Shown: one piece after another, positions 11,033 through 20,211 of the stretch
How positions within the stretch are numbered: position 1 is the first letter of the stretch
Layout of the letters: every line of letters starts with the position of its first letter
DNA from: Ignisphaera sp.
GTDB lineage: Archaea; Thermoproteota; Thermoprotei_A; Sulfolobales; Ignisphaeraceae
Direction of reading: 5' to 3'
Assembly (NCBI GenBank): GCA_038821645.1
Contig: JAWBDT010000004.1
Location: 32,001-96,000, forward strand
Length of the DNA stretch: 64,000 nt
Position numbers and translations under genes: made by a program
The notes under the pieces: model-generated
The model's input: only the letters and a program-made list of their open reading frames with translations
Database searches by the model: none
What the model was told of the DNA's origin: nothing

Positions 11033-11494
11033 CTACATCCTTTCTATATCTATCTTCATCAACATCTCTATATTATTGAGTTCACTTTCATCAGGTTTTT
11101 CTACAGATAACCAAGCATCAAGTATCTCTTTGGCTAAATAATTCGTTGTTAATCTGCCGCTTAATGCTAACACATTAGCATCATTCCATAGTCTTGCACC
11201 TCTAGCTGTCTCAGGATCTCCACAGAGAGCAGCTCTTACACCTTTAACCTTATTGGCGGCTATCGATACACCAGTACCTGTATAACATATAACGATACCC
11301 CAAGAAACTTCACCAGAAGCAACAAGTTTACCAACTTCGTAACCCACTAAAGGCCAGGGCTCTGGTTTACGTGTCTTAATAGATCCAACAAGTGTAACCT
11401 CAAATCCTTTGCTCTTCAGATACTCTACTACAAAGTCTGCAACAGGATATAGATCATCTGAACCTACAGCTACCTTTTTGTTAAAGGGAGCCAT
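11033..11494 (-). CDS. rpiB: Ribose-5-phosphate isomerase B / LacAB family
   Basis: ICYTGTGVSIAANKVKGVRAAL, NDANVLAL motifs. Confidence 0.9.
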   Translation of the reverse strand: MAPFNKKVAVGSDDLYPVADFVVEYLKSKGFEVTLVGSIKTRKPEPWPLVGYEVGKLVASGEVSWGIVICYTGTGVSIAANKVKGVRAALCGDPETARGARLWNDANVLALSGRLTTNYLAKEILDAWLSVEKPDESELNNIEMLMKIDIERM

Positions 11495-11555
11495 GTTCTA
11501 GACCCGAGAAGATATATCTCTAACAACTAAATATTATAAAGCTAGATTAAAACCT

Positions 11556-12476
11556 CTAGAGCTTGAGATCTCTATGTGTTTTCCATTTGAGTTGTTCTCT
11601 ATATAGTCTATGAGGTTTAAAGGGGGATCTAATTGCATCTACGTCTTCTCCCAGAATCTTTATACGCTTTATATCTATTTCACCATAACCCCATCTAGAT
11701 AGAAGTAAGAGATAACCAATATCGCTAGGATTGAATCCCATGGCATAAGCAGTAACAATATCTAGATTAACTGGATTCGTTGATGCAAATACTACTCCCC
11801 AGTACTTCTCTTCACCATTAACAGGTCCGTCACCCTCCATAGCCACAACACCATCTATTACACCTAAATCAGGCATTAGTCTTGTTGCTAGCTTCGCTAT
11901 GTTGTAGTTGATTGAGAAGTAGCCTCTATGCATTCTTGATTTATATCCACGCTTAATTGCTCCCATAACCACGTTCTTTATGCTCAATGTTACTATAACT
12001 GTATCGTGTGTTTTAGCTCTACAGGCTGATATTTTGAAGAATTGATTATCCATAAGTATCTTAGATACCGAAACTTCAAACAGAGTATGATATTCATCTT
12101 CAAGCATTATAATCTCTTGCTCATACTCATCAAGATCTAGAAACTCTATAGATGGATATCTCTTAGCCAGCTCTTTATAACCTAGAAGCTCTATAGCCTG
12201 GTTAAAAGATCCTATAGCGGGTGATTCAGCTATAACTATCTCAGAGATATTGTATCTATTGTAGATAAAGTCTATGATTGCTTCAACAGTTTCTCTAGGT
12301 GTAGTACTTAGTGGATTGAAGATAGATACAAAGTTTGGTTTCACTAGAATCTTTTTTCTATTATTTAAAGCTGTGTCAATTTCATTAGCTATAAGATTTA
12401 AAGCAGAAATTGCACCTCTATAGCTATTGTTGTTCTTAACTATTGCAACAGACACTATGGTTTCCCTAACTACCAT
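11556..12476 (-). CDS. DUF362 family protein
   Basis: LVKPNF, KTH...TLSIKN, MEGDGP motifs. Confidence 0.85.
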   Translation of the reverse strand: MVVRETIVSVAIVKNNNSYRGAISALNLIANEIDTALNNRKKILVKPNFVSIFNPLSTTPRETVEAIIDFIYNRYNISEIVIAESPAIGSFNQAIELLGYKELAKRYPSIEFLDLDEYEQEIIMLEDEYHTLFEVSVSKILMDNQFFKISACRAKTHDTVIVTLSIKNVVMGAIKRGYKSRMHRGYFSINYNIAKLATRLMPDLGVIDGVVAMEGDGPVNGEEKYWGVVFASTNPVNLDIVTAYAMGFNPSDIGYLLLLSRWGYGEIDIKRIKILGEDVDAIRSPFKPHRLYREQLKWKTHRDLKL

Positions 12477-12552
12477 TGTTAGCTAAAATAATATACTTAT
12501 GATGTGATCAAGTATTGTTATTTGGGGTTATATATCATTTTAATAATTTGAT

Positions 12553-13110
12553 CTACCATACCTTAAGGAAGGCAAGAACAAGTCCTATTAGTGCTGAAGC
12601 ACCTATGAGTATAACTGGATCTATGTCTAAGAATGTTACACATATGAATACAGTTATAGCTATAAAGAAGATCGCTAAACTATTGCTTATAGCCACACCT
12701 TTAACAATACCTTTTACAATCATCAATACAGTCGATAAAATGAGACCCAATACGGCACCTCTAATACCGTTAAGAACACCTCTAACAAGATAATTACCAT
12801 AGAATTTCATGAGGACTATAGCAATAGCTAGCATAACCATGAAAGCAGGTAAAACGATAGCTATAGTCGCTAAAAAAGCACCTAAGAAACCACCAACCTT
12901 ATACCCCACATATGTGGCAGAATTTACTGCTATAGGTCCAGGAGTAGATTCAGCTACAGCTATTATGTCTATGAGCTCTTGTTCAGAAATCCATTGATGT
13001 CTCAAAACAACTTCGTATCTAAGTATAGGTATCATTGCATAACCGCCACCAAACATGACAAAACCTATCTTTAAGAATGTTAGGAACAATTCGATTAACT
13101 CCATACCCAT
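12553..13110 (-). CDS. Short-chain chromate transporter (CHR family)
   Basis: FGGGYAMIP, ESTPGPIAVN motifs. Confidence 0.9.
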   Translation of the reverse strand: MGMELIELFLTFLKIGFVMFGGGYAMIPILRYEVVLRHQWISEQELIDIIAVAESTPGPIAVNSATYVGYKVGGFLGAFLATIAIVLPAFMVMLAIAIVLMKFYGNYLVRGVLNGIRGAVLGLILSTVLMIVKGIVKGVAISNSLAIFFIAITVFICVTFLDIDPVILIGASALIGLVLAFLKVW

Positions 13111-13376
13111 ACCTCTACACCAAGGTCAACAGAAAAGATGTGTACTTATATATCTAAATGGATCTATTTTGATATTTCTGACTATACAAACTATACAAAA
13201 GCATATTTGATACAAGATTCTCTAGGTGGTATATCATCACGTAAACATGGTATCTATACTCTTCATTAAACTAGTTATAGTTTTGTGTTACAGATCTTTG
13301 ATTTAGTATCTTGTTGAGTATCTGAATATATGGAGATAGTTAAGTCTCTATTTTAGATCTATTGAAGAAACAATGC

Positions 13377-15443
13377 TCAAGATAATAACTGTAGTGTTAA
13401 TGGGTAATAGATACAGACGCCCATAGCATTTGGTTCTACACATATCTCTAGTTTGAGCTCTAGTTTAGCTATTTGACTATCTGTTGTGAAGTATCCTGAG
13501 AGAACTAGATAGTTGGCTTCATCTATATTTAGCTGAATCTGATCTGTAGAAAGAGAGATAGGTACGCCACTGCGTATCGATATGTTGGTGCTTCTTGATG
13601 TACCTTCAATCCATAGATCTAGGTCTAGTGTAGTAGGTGTTGAAGCATGTATTAATAGAAGTCTGGTATACAGAATCTGATTGATAGAGATTCTGAGGAA
13701 ACGAACTGTTGTAGTGAATGTGGATGAACTAGATATATAGATACCAACATCAGCACTACTTCTATTACTACCTAGATTCATGGTTATTGGTTGAAGCGAT
13801 AATGCATAAGTATCTCCACCTAGGATAGACTCTATTGACAGAACTGAATAAACTCCACAAACATATGTATCAGGATACTTGATAACTATTCTTCCATCTA
13901 CGCCAGTACCTACAACAATATCATTTACTACCTCAAGATTAAATGTTGTAGATGTTCTAGAAGAGTTAACTAGATTACCGAGGTTATCCCATACTTCAAC
14001 AACCATATCGCTATAGAAACCTGTGAACAGTATGTTTCTAGGATCACTAGTTGATACAATGAAGTCATCGAATCTAAACCACAGACCCAAGCCCGAGGTA
14101 TCATCTATTGTTATGCCTGCATATGCTGGTCTAAACCTAGTGCCACTTGTATCACTTGCGGTTAGAGTGGCCACTAAACGACCTACATCATCGTATACCC
14201 AGAGTGTAAAGTCTATCGATCTACCTGTATCCCTGTAGTGGAGAACAGATGTATACCATCTTGTTGCAGAATAGCTAGGAATTGCGACAGATCCCAGAAG
14301 CCTCCAGGTACCATCCCATTTCCAGATATATGCTGTACTCCTGTAGATTGAGATCTCGTAGAGTCTGTTTCTATCAGTATTGATTAATCCTATACCTTTG
14401 TAGCTATCTATAGTCTCAGCTCTAGATCTAACAGATATCCAGAGAGATGAATAACCGTATATTGTTGTATTCCAATAGTACTGTGAAGATCTTCCAATTC
14501 CAGCATTATTGTCTCTTCCTCTCAATGCATTTCCCTTAAAACCTCCACCTATTGACAACTCCCAGTCTCCTCCATAGTTGATCCATCCGGGTACAGGGTA
14601 TGTCTCGAAATCTGTATACGTTATGGCTCCTCTAGCAGTTCTCGCTAGAATTCTACATGTATATGTGTATGGTGGTTGTTCTAAAGTTGCTGGCGGTTTT
14701 TGTAGAACTATGGATAGATTTAGAGGATAGTATGTGAATGTTGATGCTATAACCATGGCAGAGAACATGAAAACTGTTACATAATGTGTAAACTGTTTAA
14801 TGCTTATCTGTTTATTCATAATCAATACATCTCTATTGTGAATCTTGGTTAGAACTAGAGCTGTAGCAGTAGCTGATGTCACTATAGCAAATCCAAGCAT
14901 AATCGGTATAGCTGGAATGTTTGTAATTATCTTGTTGAGTATTGTTGATTCTAGCCTAACTCCTGTATATGTAATTGTTCCAGCACTTGTTCTAACTATA
15001 ATTTCATCTCCAATCAGCTGACTGAATCTAGATACATCAAATTCAACTACTCTATAGAGATATCCTGAGAAAAGTCCATAGAGAGCTCCTAGAGCTGCAG
15101 AAACACCATATACTAGACCTGATGATATATGTGGTTTATATTTCATCAAAATGATTGAAATAGCTGAAGTAATCAGTAGAGCTATAGTGAGTATAAGGAA
15201 TGTTAAGGAGACATGTTTTACGTAATCTGTATGTGGCATAGATATAAGCTGTTTGTTGTAGGTGTAGTATATTTTATAGTCTAGAAGAGAGTAGTATCCC
15301 TCAATATATCCTCTAAAGAGCCAGAGAGGTGTAGTCACCATAAGCACATAGATTAGTGATATAAATAGACATGTTGTAGCAGATACAGTTGTAAGGATCT
15401 TTACTCTTTTAATTATCTTATCTTCATTGGTAGACCAAGCCAT
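13377..15443 (-). CDS. Membrane-anchored surface protein: N-terminal TM domain, internal signal-like segment, lectin-like beta-sandwich and C-terminal pilin-like domain (putative filament cap/adhesin)
   Basis: Several TM helices in aa 1-235; internal STFTYYPLNLSIV; FE...W...FDDFIVS ConA-like pattern; ITMNLGSNRSSA similar to the 16538-17119 protein; C-terminal CIYYPLTLQL. Confidence 0.6.
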   Translation of the reverse strand: MAWSTNEDKIIKRVKILTTVSATTCLFISLIYVLMVTTPLWLFRGYIEGYYSLLDYKIYYTYNKQLISMPHTDYVKHVSLTFLILTIALLITSAISIILMKYKPHISSGLVYGVSAALGALYGLFSGYLYRVVEFDVSRFSQLIGDEIIVRTSAGTITYTGVRLESTILNKIITNIPAIPIMLGFAIVTSATATALVLTKIHNRDVLIMNKQISIKQFTHYVTVFMFSAMVIASTFTYYPLNLSIVLQKPPATLEQPPYTYTCRILARTARGAITYTDFETYPVPGWINYGGDWELSIGGGFKGNALRGRDNNAGIGRSSQYYWNTTIYGYSSLWISVRSRAETIDSYKGIGLINTDRNRLYEISIYRSTAYIWKWDGTWRLLGSVAIPSYSATRWYTSVLHYRDTGRSIDFTLWVYDDVGRLVATLTASDTSGTRFRPAYAGITIDDTSGLGLWFRFDDFIVSTSDPRNILFTGFYSDMVVEVWDNLGNLVNSSRTSTTFNLEVVNDIVVGTGVDGRIVIKYPDTYVCGVYSVLSIESILGGDTYALSLQPITMNLGSNRSSADVGIYISSSSTFTTTVRFLRISINQILYTRLLLIHASTPTTLDLDLWIEGTSRSTNISIRSGVPISLSTDQIQLNIDEANYLVLSGYFTTDSQIAKLELKLEICVEPNAMGVCIYYPLTLQLLS

Positions 15444-16524
15444 TTCACTTCACCTTGATTTAACCAGTAAACATAAACATAAGCTATTTCGGCATATTCG
15501 AGAGGTTCAATAACGATTTGAGAAAATCCATCAATAACATAGCTTCTGTTAATCCATAACCAACTATTGTTATCTAGATACCTAATGGATATATTAATGG
15601 TTATCGGAAAACAGTTAAAGTTTCTCGCAATCAGGGTTCCATTCACAAAACTTATCTGAGGATCTAGACCCCCTATCAAGATTGGATATTCTCCACTAAG
15701 TCTTCCAACTCTATTGAGTAACGCCTCAATCTTGATTACCAGAGGCTCTCTATACTCAAAAGCTTTTCTAAGCAGATCTTCACTAGGTTTAACAACTATT
15801 TCCCTAGAACTAAAATCAACAATATCTACTTTAGTAGAGTTAACCTCTATTTCTGTAAGAATCATAGGTATAGCATTGATGTATCTAATGCTTAGTGTAC
15901 AGCTATCTGACTGAAAATAAACACCTGCTAACCTGACTAGCGGAGGTTTAACTGGTTCAACATTGATTGGTCTAGGTATAGTTGAGTATACAGATAGAAC
16001 AGCAACAAAAATGATAGTAAACAGTACTGCATATGAGTAGCCTAATATAGGTGTCTTCAAGATATCACGAACAAGATAAGCTACAGCAACTATGAGTAAA
16101 GGGATCCAAATCTCTCTAGCCATCACAAATACAACCTTTCCTATAATCTTCTCGATGCCTATAGGCGGATCTAGAGAATCAACATTATCTCCTTTAGTTA
16201 TGATTAATAATCTATATCCATTAACTGTATCAAGCACCATAAAGTCTACAACTCTATGAACAATACAATGGTTTGGCGTCAGACAATAGACAACAATATC
16301 TCCAAGAGTAAAAGATTCTCTAGCGTAGAGAACCATATCTCCACGTCTAAGAGTAGGCTCCATACTATCAGAAATAACTACAGAAACACCAAAAAGACTC
16401 TGATAACCAAATCTAGAGAGAAACGTAGATACAACTAAAACTGTGAGTATAACCAGTAATGCGTATGGCGTATAGATAGAGAGTTTGAGAAAAAATGTTT
16501 TATGCTTAGATCTACTCTATTCAT
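15413..16524 (-). CDS. Signal peptidase I (SipW/Sec11-like) with C-terminal extracellular domain; 5' end interrupted by a -1 frameshift
   Basis: SDSMEP (catalytic Ser just upstream of ORF-track Met 16363), GDIVVY, IVHRV, TKGDN, D-P..IIGKV. The RBS-preceded ATG (16524) is out of frame with the catalytic domain. Confidence 0.8.
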
Positions 16525-16537
16525 CTACAGATCACCA

Positions 16538-17119
16538 CTATCTTCCGCTACCTGGATTTATTGGTAGCGTTTCTCCAGATGATGGTGTATATACTAATCT
16601 AGCTGAAGCACTATAGCTTCTACCTGTTATAGATGTTCCTTCAGGAATATATACATAGAGATCAATTTGCCAACTACCACCAACAGAAAGCTGACCTATA
16701 TATTCTGCTGTGTTAAGTGTTGGTGTAGTTATATCGAGTTCCTTCACCATAGTTGCTCCACTATATACAAACATCTTTACTATACTACCAGTTGGCAAGT
16801 TATTCTCATAATTATAGAAGATCACGTAGATATGCATAGCTTCATTATCATTATTCACAATCCTTAGGATATCTTTGTAGTACGTCTCTTGATATGTTGG
16901 ATGTATCTCTATTGATGCTGATGTACTATTAGATCCTATGTTTACCGTTATCGTGTTGCTACCTATATCTGGTTCTCCAGCATTACTACCAGCTTCAAAT
17001 CTGACTCCTGGTTGCTGAGGTACAACAGCTATGTTCAGAGGATAGTAGGCAAATAGACTAGCTGTTACAACTGATAGAGCTAATATCAATAGTATTCCTG
17101 TTAATGTTTTTCTAAACAT
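16538..17119 (-). CDS. Secreted beta-rich protein, putative major filament subunit
   Basis: Signal peptide MFRKTLTGILLILALSVVTASLFA followed by YYPLNIAV; many N-x-S/T sequons; GGTGA RBS; first gene of the operon with the signal peptidase. Confidence 0.7.
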   Translation of the reverse strand: MFRKTLTGILLILALSVVTASLFAYYPLNIAVVPQQPGVRFEAGSNAGEPDIGSNTITVNIGSNSTSASIEIHPTYQETYYKDILRIVNNDNEAMHIYVIFYNYENNLPTGSIVKMFVYSGATMVKELDITTPTLNTAEYIGQLSVGGSWQIDLYVYIPEGTSITGRSYSASARLVYTPSSGETLPINPGSGR

Positions 17120-17483
17120 TTTACATCACCTTTTAAACTTCTAAAAACACCATATACAAACCTATGTATAGGTAGTGTTTGAGTTAATTTAAGTTTTGTG
17201 ATTTAGACACTCATCTACAGCTAAAAAGCTCTGTTTCAAGATTTAATATATATGTGTATATATATATATTGCGTATGTTGTTAAGTGATTTGTGTTTTGT
17301 TAATTATCAGTTTAAGAACTATAGAGATGTAGTTATCCTAAAAATTTATTTCTATATTCTAGACACTACAAATCTTAAAATCTTAGCATTATTCATTATC
17401 ATACTAAGATCGGTTTTATCTATAGGTCAAGATATATTTAGAACTTTATAATATTCATATCTGTAGATGAATCGAGATATTGA

Positions 17484-17537
17484 GAATGATGAGCCCGTAG
17501 TGAACAGAGTTAATGAAGATGGAGATTTCGACTGATA
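17484..17537 (+). ncRNA. Box C/D guide sRNA
   Basis: C ATGATGA 17486-92, D' CAGA 17505-08, C' ATGAAGA 17513-19, D CTGA 17532-35, with two 12-nt guides. Confidence 0.8.
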
Positions 17538-17745
17538 ATCGCTAGATACAGATAAAGCTGTTTGTGTTTACTTTTTCACAAATTCTATTGTGAGTGAAGA
17601 GGTGAAATAGAGTTGTTAGTGAATAGACAGTGGTACATCAATTTATATGGAATTCAAATCATATGTATACATATAATAATGGTATTCCTAAAATACGGCC
17701 AATTCACAACTACTCTCTAGATCTACAGAATCTGAGGTCAAAGTT

Positions 17746-18051
17746 ATGCATAGTCTTGAAGACATATCTCTACTTAATGTCTCGATAAGCTATAGAGATT
17801 ATGCTGATCTGATTTCAGTATTGAGTGCTAGTAGCAAGATTCGTAACCTAATGAAGAAGGGCTATAGTGTTAAGAATGTAAAGATTCTCTACGGCATAGA
17901 GTTATCTAGAGATATGGAGCTTAAACCTATGTATGCTGTAGTAGCTCTAGCTAGAGAAGGTCACAACATTGTTTATTTCCTTATAGATATCATGAAGAAG
18001 AAGATAGTAAAGGTAGCAGATGTTAGGAGAGAACAGAAAATAAGCAACTAG
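17746..18051 (+). CDS. Hypothetical protein
   Basis: 101-aa ORF with host-like codon use; 5' end uncertain. Confidence 0.5.
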   Translation: MHSLEDISLLNVSISYRDYADLISVLSASSKIRNLMKKGYSVKNVKILYGIELSRDMELKPMYAVVALAREGHNIVYFLIDIMKKKIVKVADVRREQKISN

Positions 18052-18107
18052 ATTGACTACACCAATCTATACATCTTCTAGAAAACACATAACATCATGG
18101 TGACTTG

Positions 18108-18827
18108 CTACATAGTATTTGATGATGAGTGTGTACAGATGCTTACCACAATGTTTGAGAGAATATCTCTATCTCTATATAGTCTAGCCATAATCTTTAC
18201 ACCAAACTTTTTAACTATCTCATCTAACATAGCATAAGGTTTACAGCTATTATTCTCGAAATACCTGAGCATCATCAGAATATTGTTTTGATGATATTCA
18301 CCAAATCTAGCATCTATAGAGTCTGCTAAATGCACTATAAAACCTTCATATGTTCTTATAGGTACAATACCATGTACTTCAGATACAACTCTTATCAACT
18401 CATCGCCAGCACCTCTAGAGGCAAGTTCAGCTACAATTGCATAGTCATGGCTCAAGTACCAATCTTCTCTTGCTTTATAGCCACCTTCTTTCACGTCTTT
18501 AGTGTACTGATAATATTTGTATATGTCGTGAAGTAGTGCTGAAGCTATAACTAAATCTCTATCTATACTTACGCCATAAACTTCTTCAAAAATACTGCAG
18601 AGCATTAAGGCAATCTTTATGACACTATACGTGTGTACAATTAGGCCTCCGGTAAACATATGGTGTTTTCTAGGTGCTGCAGGAGATTCTTCGATGTCTA
18701 TTAGCGGTTTTACTGATGAGAAACTTAGTATAGGATTAGTAAGTATGTCGATAACAATTCTCCTGATTTTCTCATTCTTTATATCTTCAGCAAACTTGAG
18801 TAAATCACTTAAATGTATGTTGCTCAT
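18108..18827 (-). CDS. HD-domain phosphohydrolase (YhaM-like HD region)
   Basis: HH..GGLIVHT, LLHDIYK, HLADSIDA motifs. Confidence 0.88.
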   Translation of the reverse strand: MSNIHLSDLLKFAEDIKNEKIRRIVIDILTNPILSFSSVKPLIDIEESPAAPRKHHMFTGGLIVHTYSVIKIALMLCSIFEEVYGVSIDRDLVIASALLHDIYKYYQYTKDVKEGGYKAREDWYLSHDYAIVAELASRGAGDELIRVVSEVHGIVPIRTYEGFIVHLADSIDARFGEYHQNNILMMLRYFENNSCKPYAMLDEIVKKFGVKIMARLYRDRDILSNIVVSICTHSSSNTM

Positions 18828-18981
18828 AACTCTATAACCTACTTCAGCTGAAGGCTATGTACTGAACTTAATGGCATTTCTGATAATATTTAAAACTTTT
18901 GGTATTGACATGAACAAATAAGAATACTTAGAGAAATCATGATTAATGGTTTTATATATCTGTGGAGTAGAATCATATGTA

Positions 18982-20211
18982 TTAGCTGGATGAATCAAAT
19001 AGGTAGTACTTCTGAGGGTTAGTCAATCCGAAAGCAATAGAAGCCTTACTATCATCTACATATGACCTCAATAAACTATACATTTTTTTAATTATCGATG
19101 CCTCTATTCTTACATATCTATCTATATAGTCTAGCGGTATGGGTACAGAGTTATGGGATGTGTTATAGACAATATGATTCAATACTTTATCAAGCAAATT
19201 CTTGGGATATACATCAAGTCTAATAGCTTGTGGATATAGTGCATCATTAGCTTGGCGATAAAATACTACAGATGTATTATCCATATAGTTGCAGAGCTCG
19301 GTAACAAGTTCTTCATTGCTTTTGCTACATTCATCTAGTTTTTCTAGTATCTTCTCTACCTTCTTAGCCACGTATCTAGGAGAGGATCTATATAGGTAGG
19401 ATAGATATTCTTTAAGAGTATTGAGGTAACTATCTAGAACTAGATACTCTCTAGGCTCTAGTGTATAGCTCATTAAGAATTTGTCGTTTGTTTTTCTGAG
19501 AATATCTTCGATATCTGTTAGCCCGAGCTTTGCGATACGGGGTAGAAGAAATCTACTTGAAACTCTTTTCACAACACCTACAACAGGTATACCTAATTCT
19601 CTTGCTTTTCTTAGAAACTTTATGAGAATAGCTGAAGCTATAGAAGCTAGCTTAGTTCCCGAGGTTAGGGTTCTAGCTCTAGCTGTATCAACTACTTCTA
19701 TAGGGCTAAAGAACTCTGGTATTGTTGAAAAGTATAGAGAGCCATCGAGTATAACCATATCGATATCTCTTCCAATTTTCTTGAGAGCTGTACTGAATTC
19801 CATAATCTTTGCCTCTAGCTCTACATCTATATCGAATCTAGCTTCATCATCTCCATAGCTTCTCCTTAAAGCAACTGATGAAATTCCGTAAGGACCTATA
19901 CCCATAGGCGTTGTTACTACATAACCGGCTATAATTATAGCCATTCTCCCTATGATTAGATCTATAGAAGGTCTAGACCATGTGCTATCGACAGCTAGTA
20001 TCGATACAAAATCTTCACATGTTTCTCCAACCCTCATTATATCGAGCTGGTTTCTTATCTTATCTCGAAACACTATGAGTGGCTCTACATAACGCTTAAT
20101 AATATCTTCTCCAGCTCTCTTGATTATACTGGTTATTACTGTTAAGAGCTCTAGATTCTCTTCACCTGATTCAATATCGTCAGATGTGATTGGATAATCT
20201 TTAGGATACAT
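18982..20211 (-). CDS. NurA-family nuclease
   Basis: LAVDST, ILDGSL, VGVVKR and P.PL..ID motifs; overlaps upstream herA-like gene. Confidence 0.8.
   Translation of the reverse strand: MYPKDYPITSDDIESGEENLELLTVITSIIKRAGEDIIKRYVEPLIVFRDKIRNQLDIMRVGETCEDFVSILAVDSTWSRPSIDLIIGRMAIIIAGYVVTTPMGIGPYGISSVALRRSYGDDEARFDIDVELEAKIMEFSTALKKIGRDIDMVILDGSLYFSTIPEFFSPIEVVDTARARTLTSGTKLASIASAILIKFLRKARELGIPVVGVVKRVSSRFLLPRIAKLGLTDIEDILRKTNDKFLMSYTLEPREYLVLDSYLNTLKEYLSYLYRSSPRYVAKKVEKILEKLDECSKSNEELVTELCNYMDNTSVVFYRQANDALYPQAIRLDVYPKNLLDKVLNHIVYNTSHNSVPIPLDYIDRYVRIEASIIKKMYSLLRSYVDDSKASIAFGLTNPQKYYLFDSSS

Noticed and set aside
17254-17451. 65-aa ORF in AT-rich intergenic DNA (also 21963-22157)
   Set aside because: Low-complexity I/L/F/Y composition typical of spurious ORFs in promoter regions
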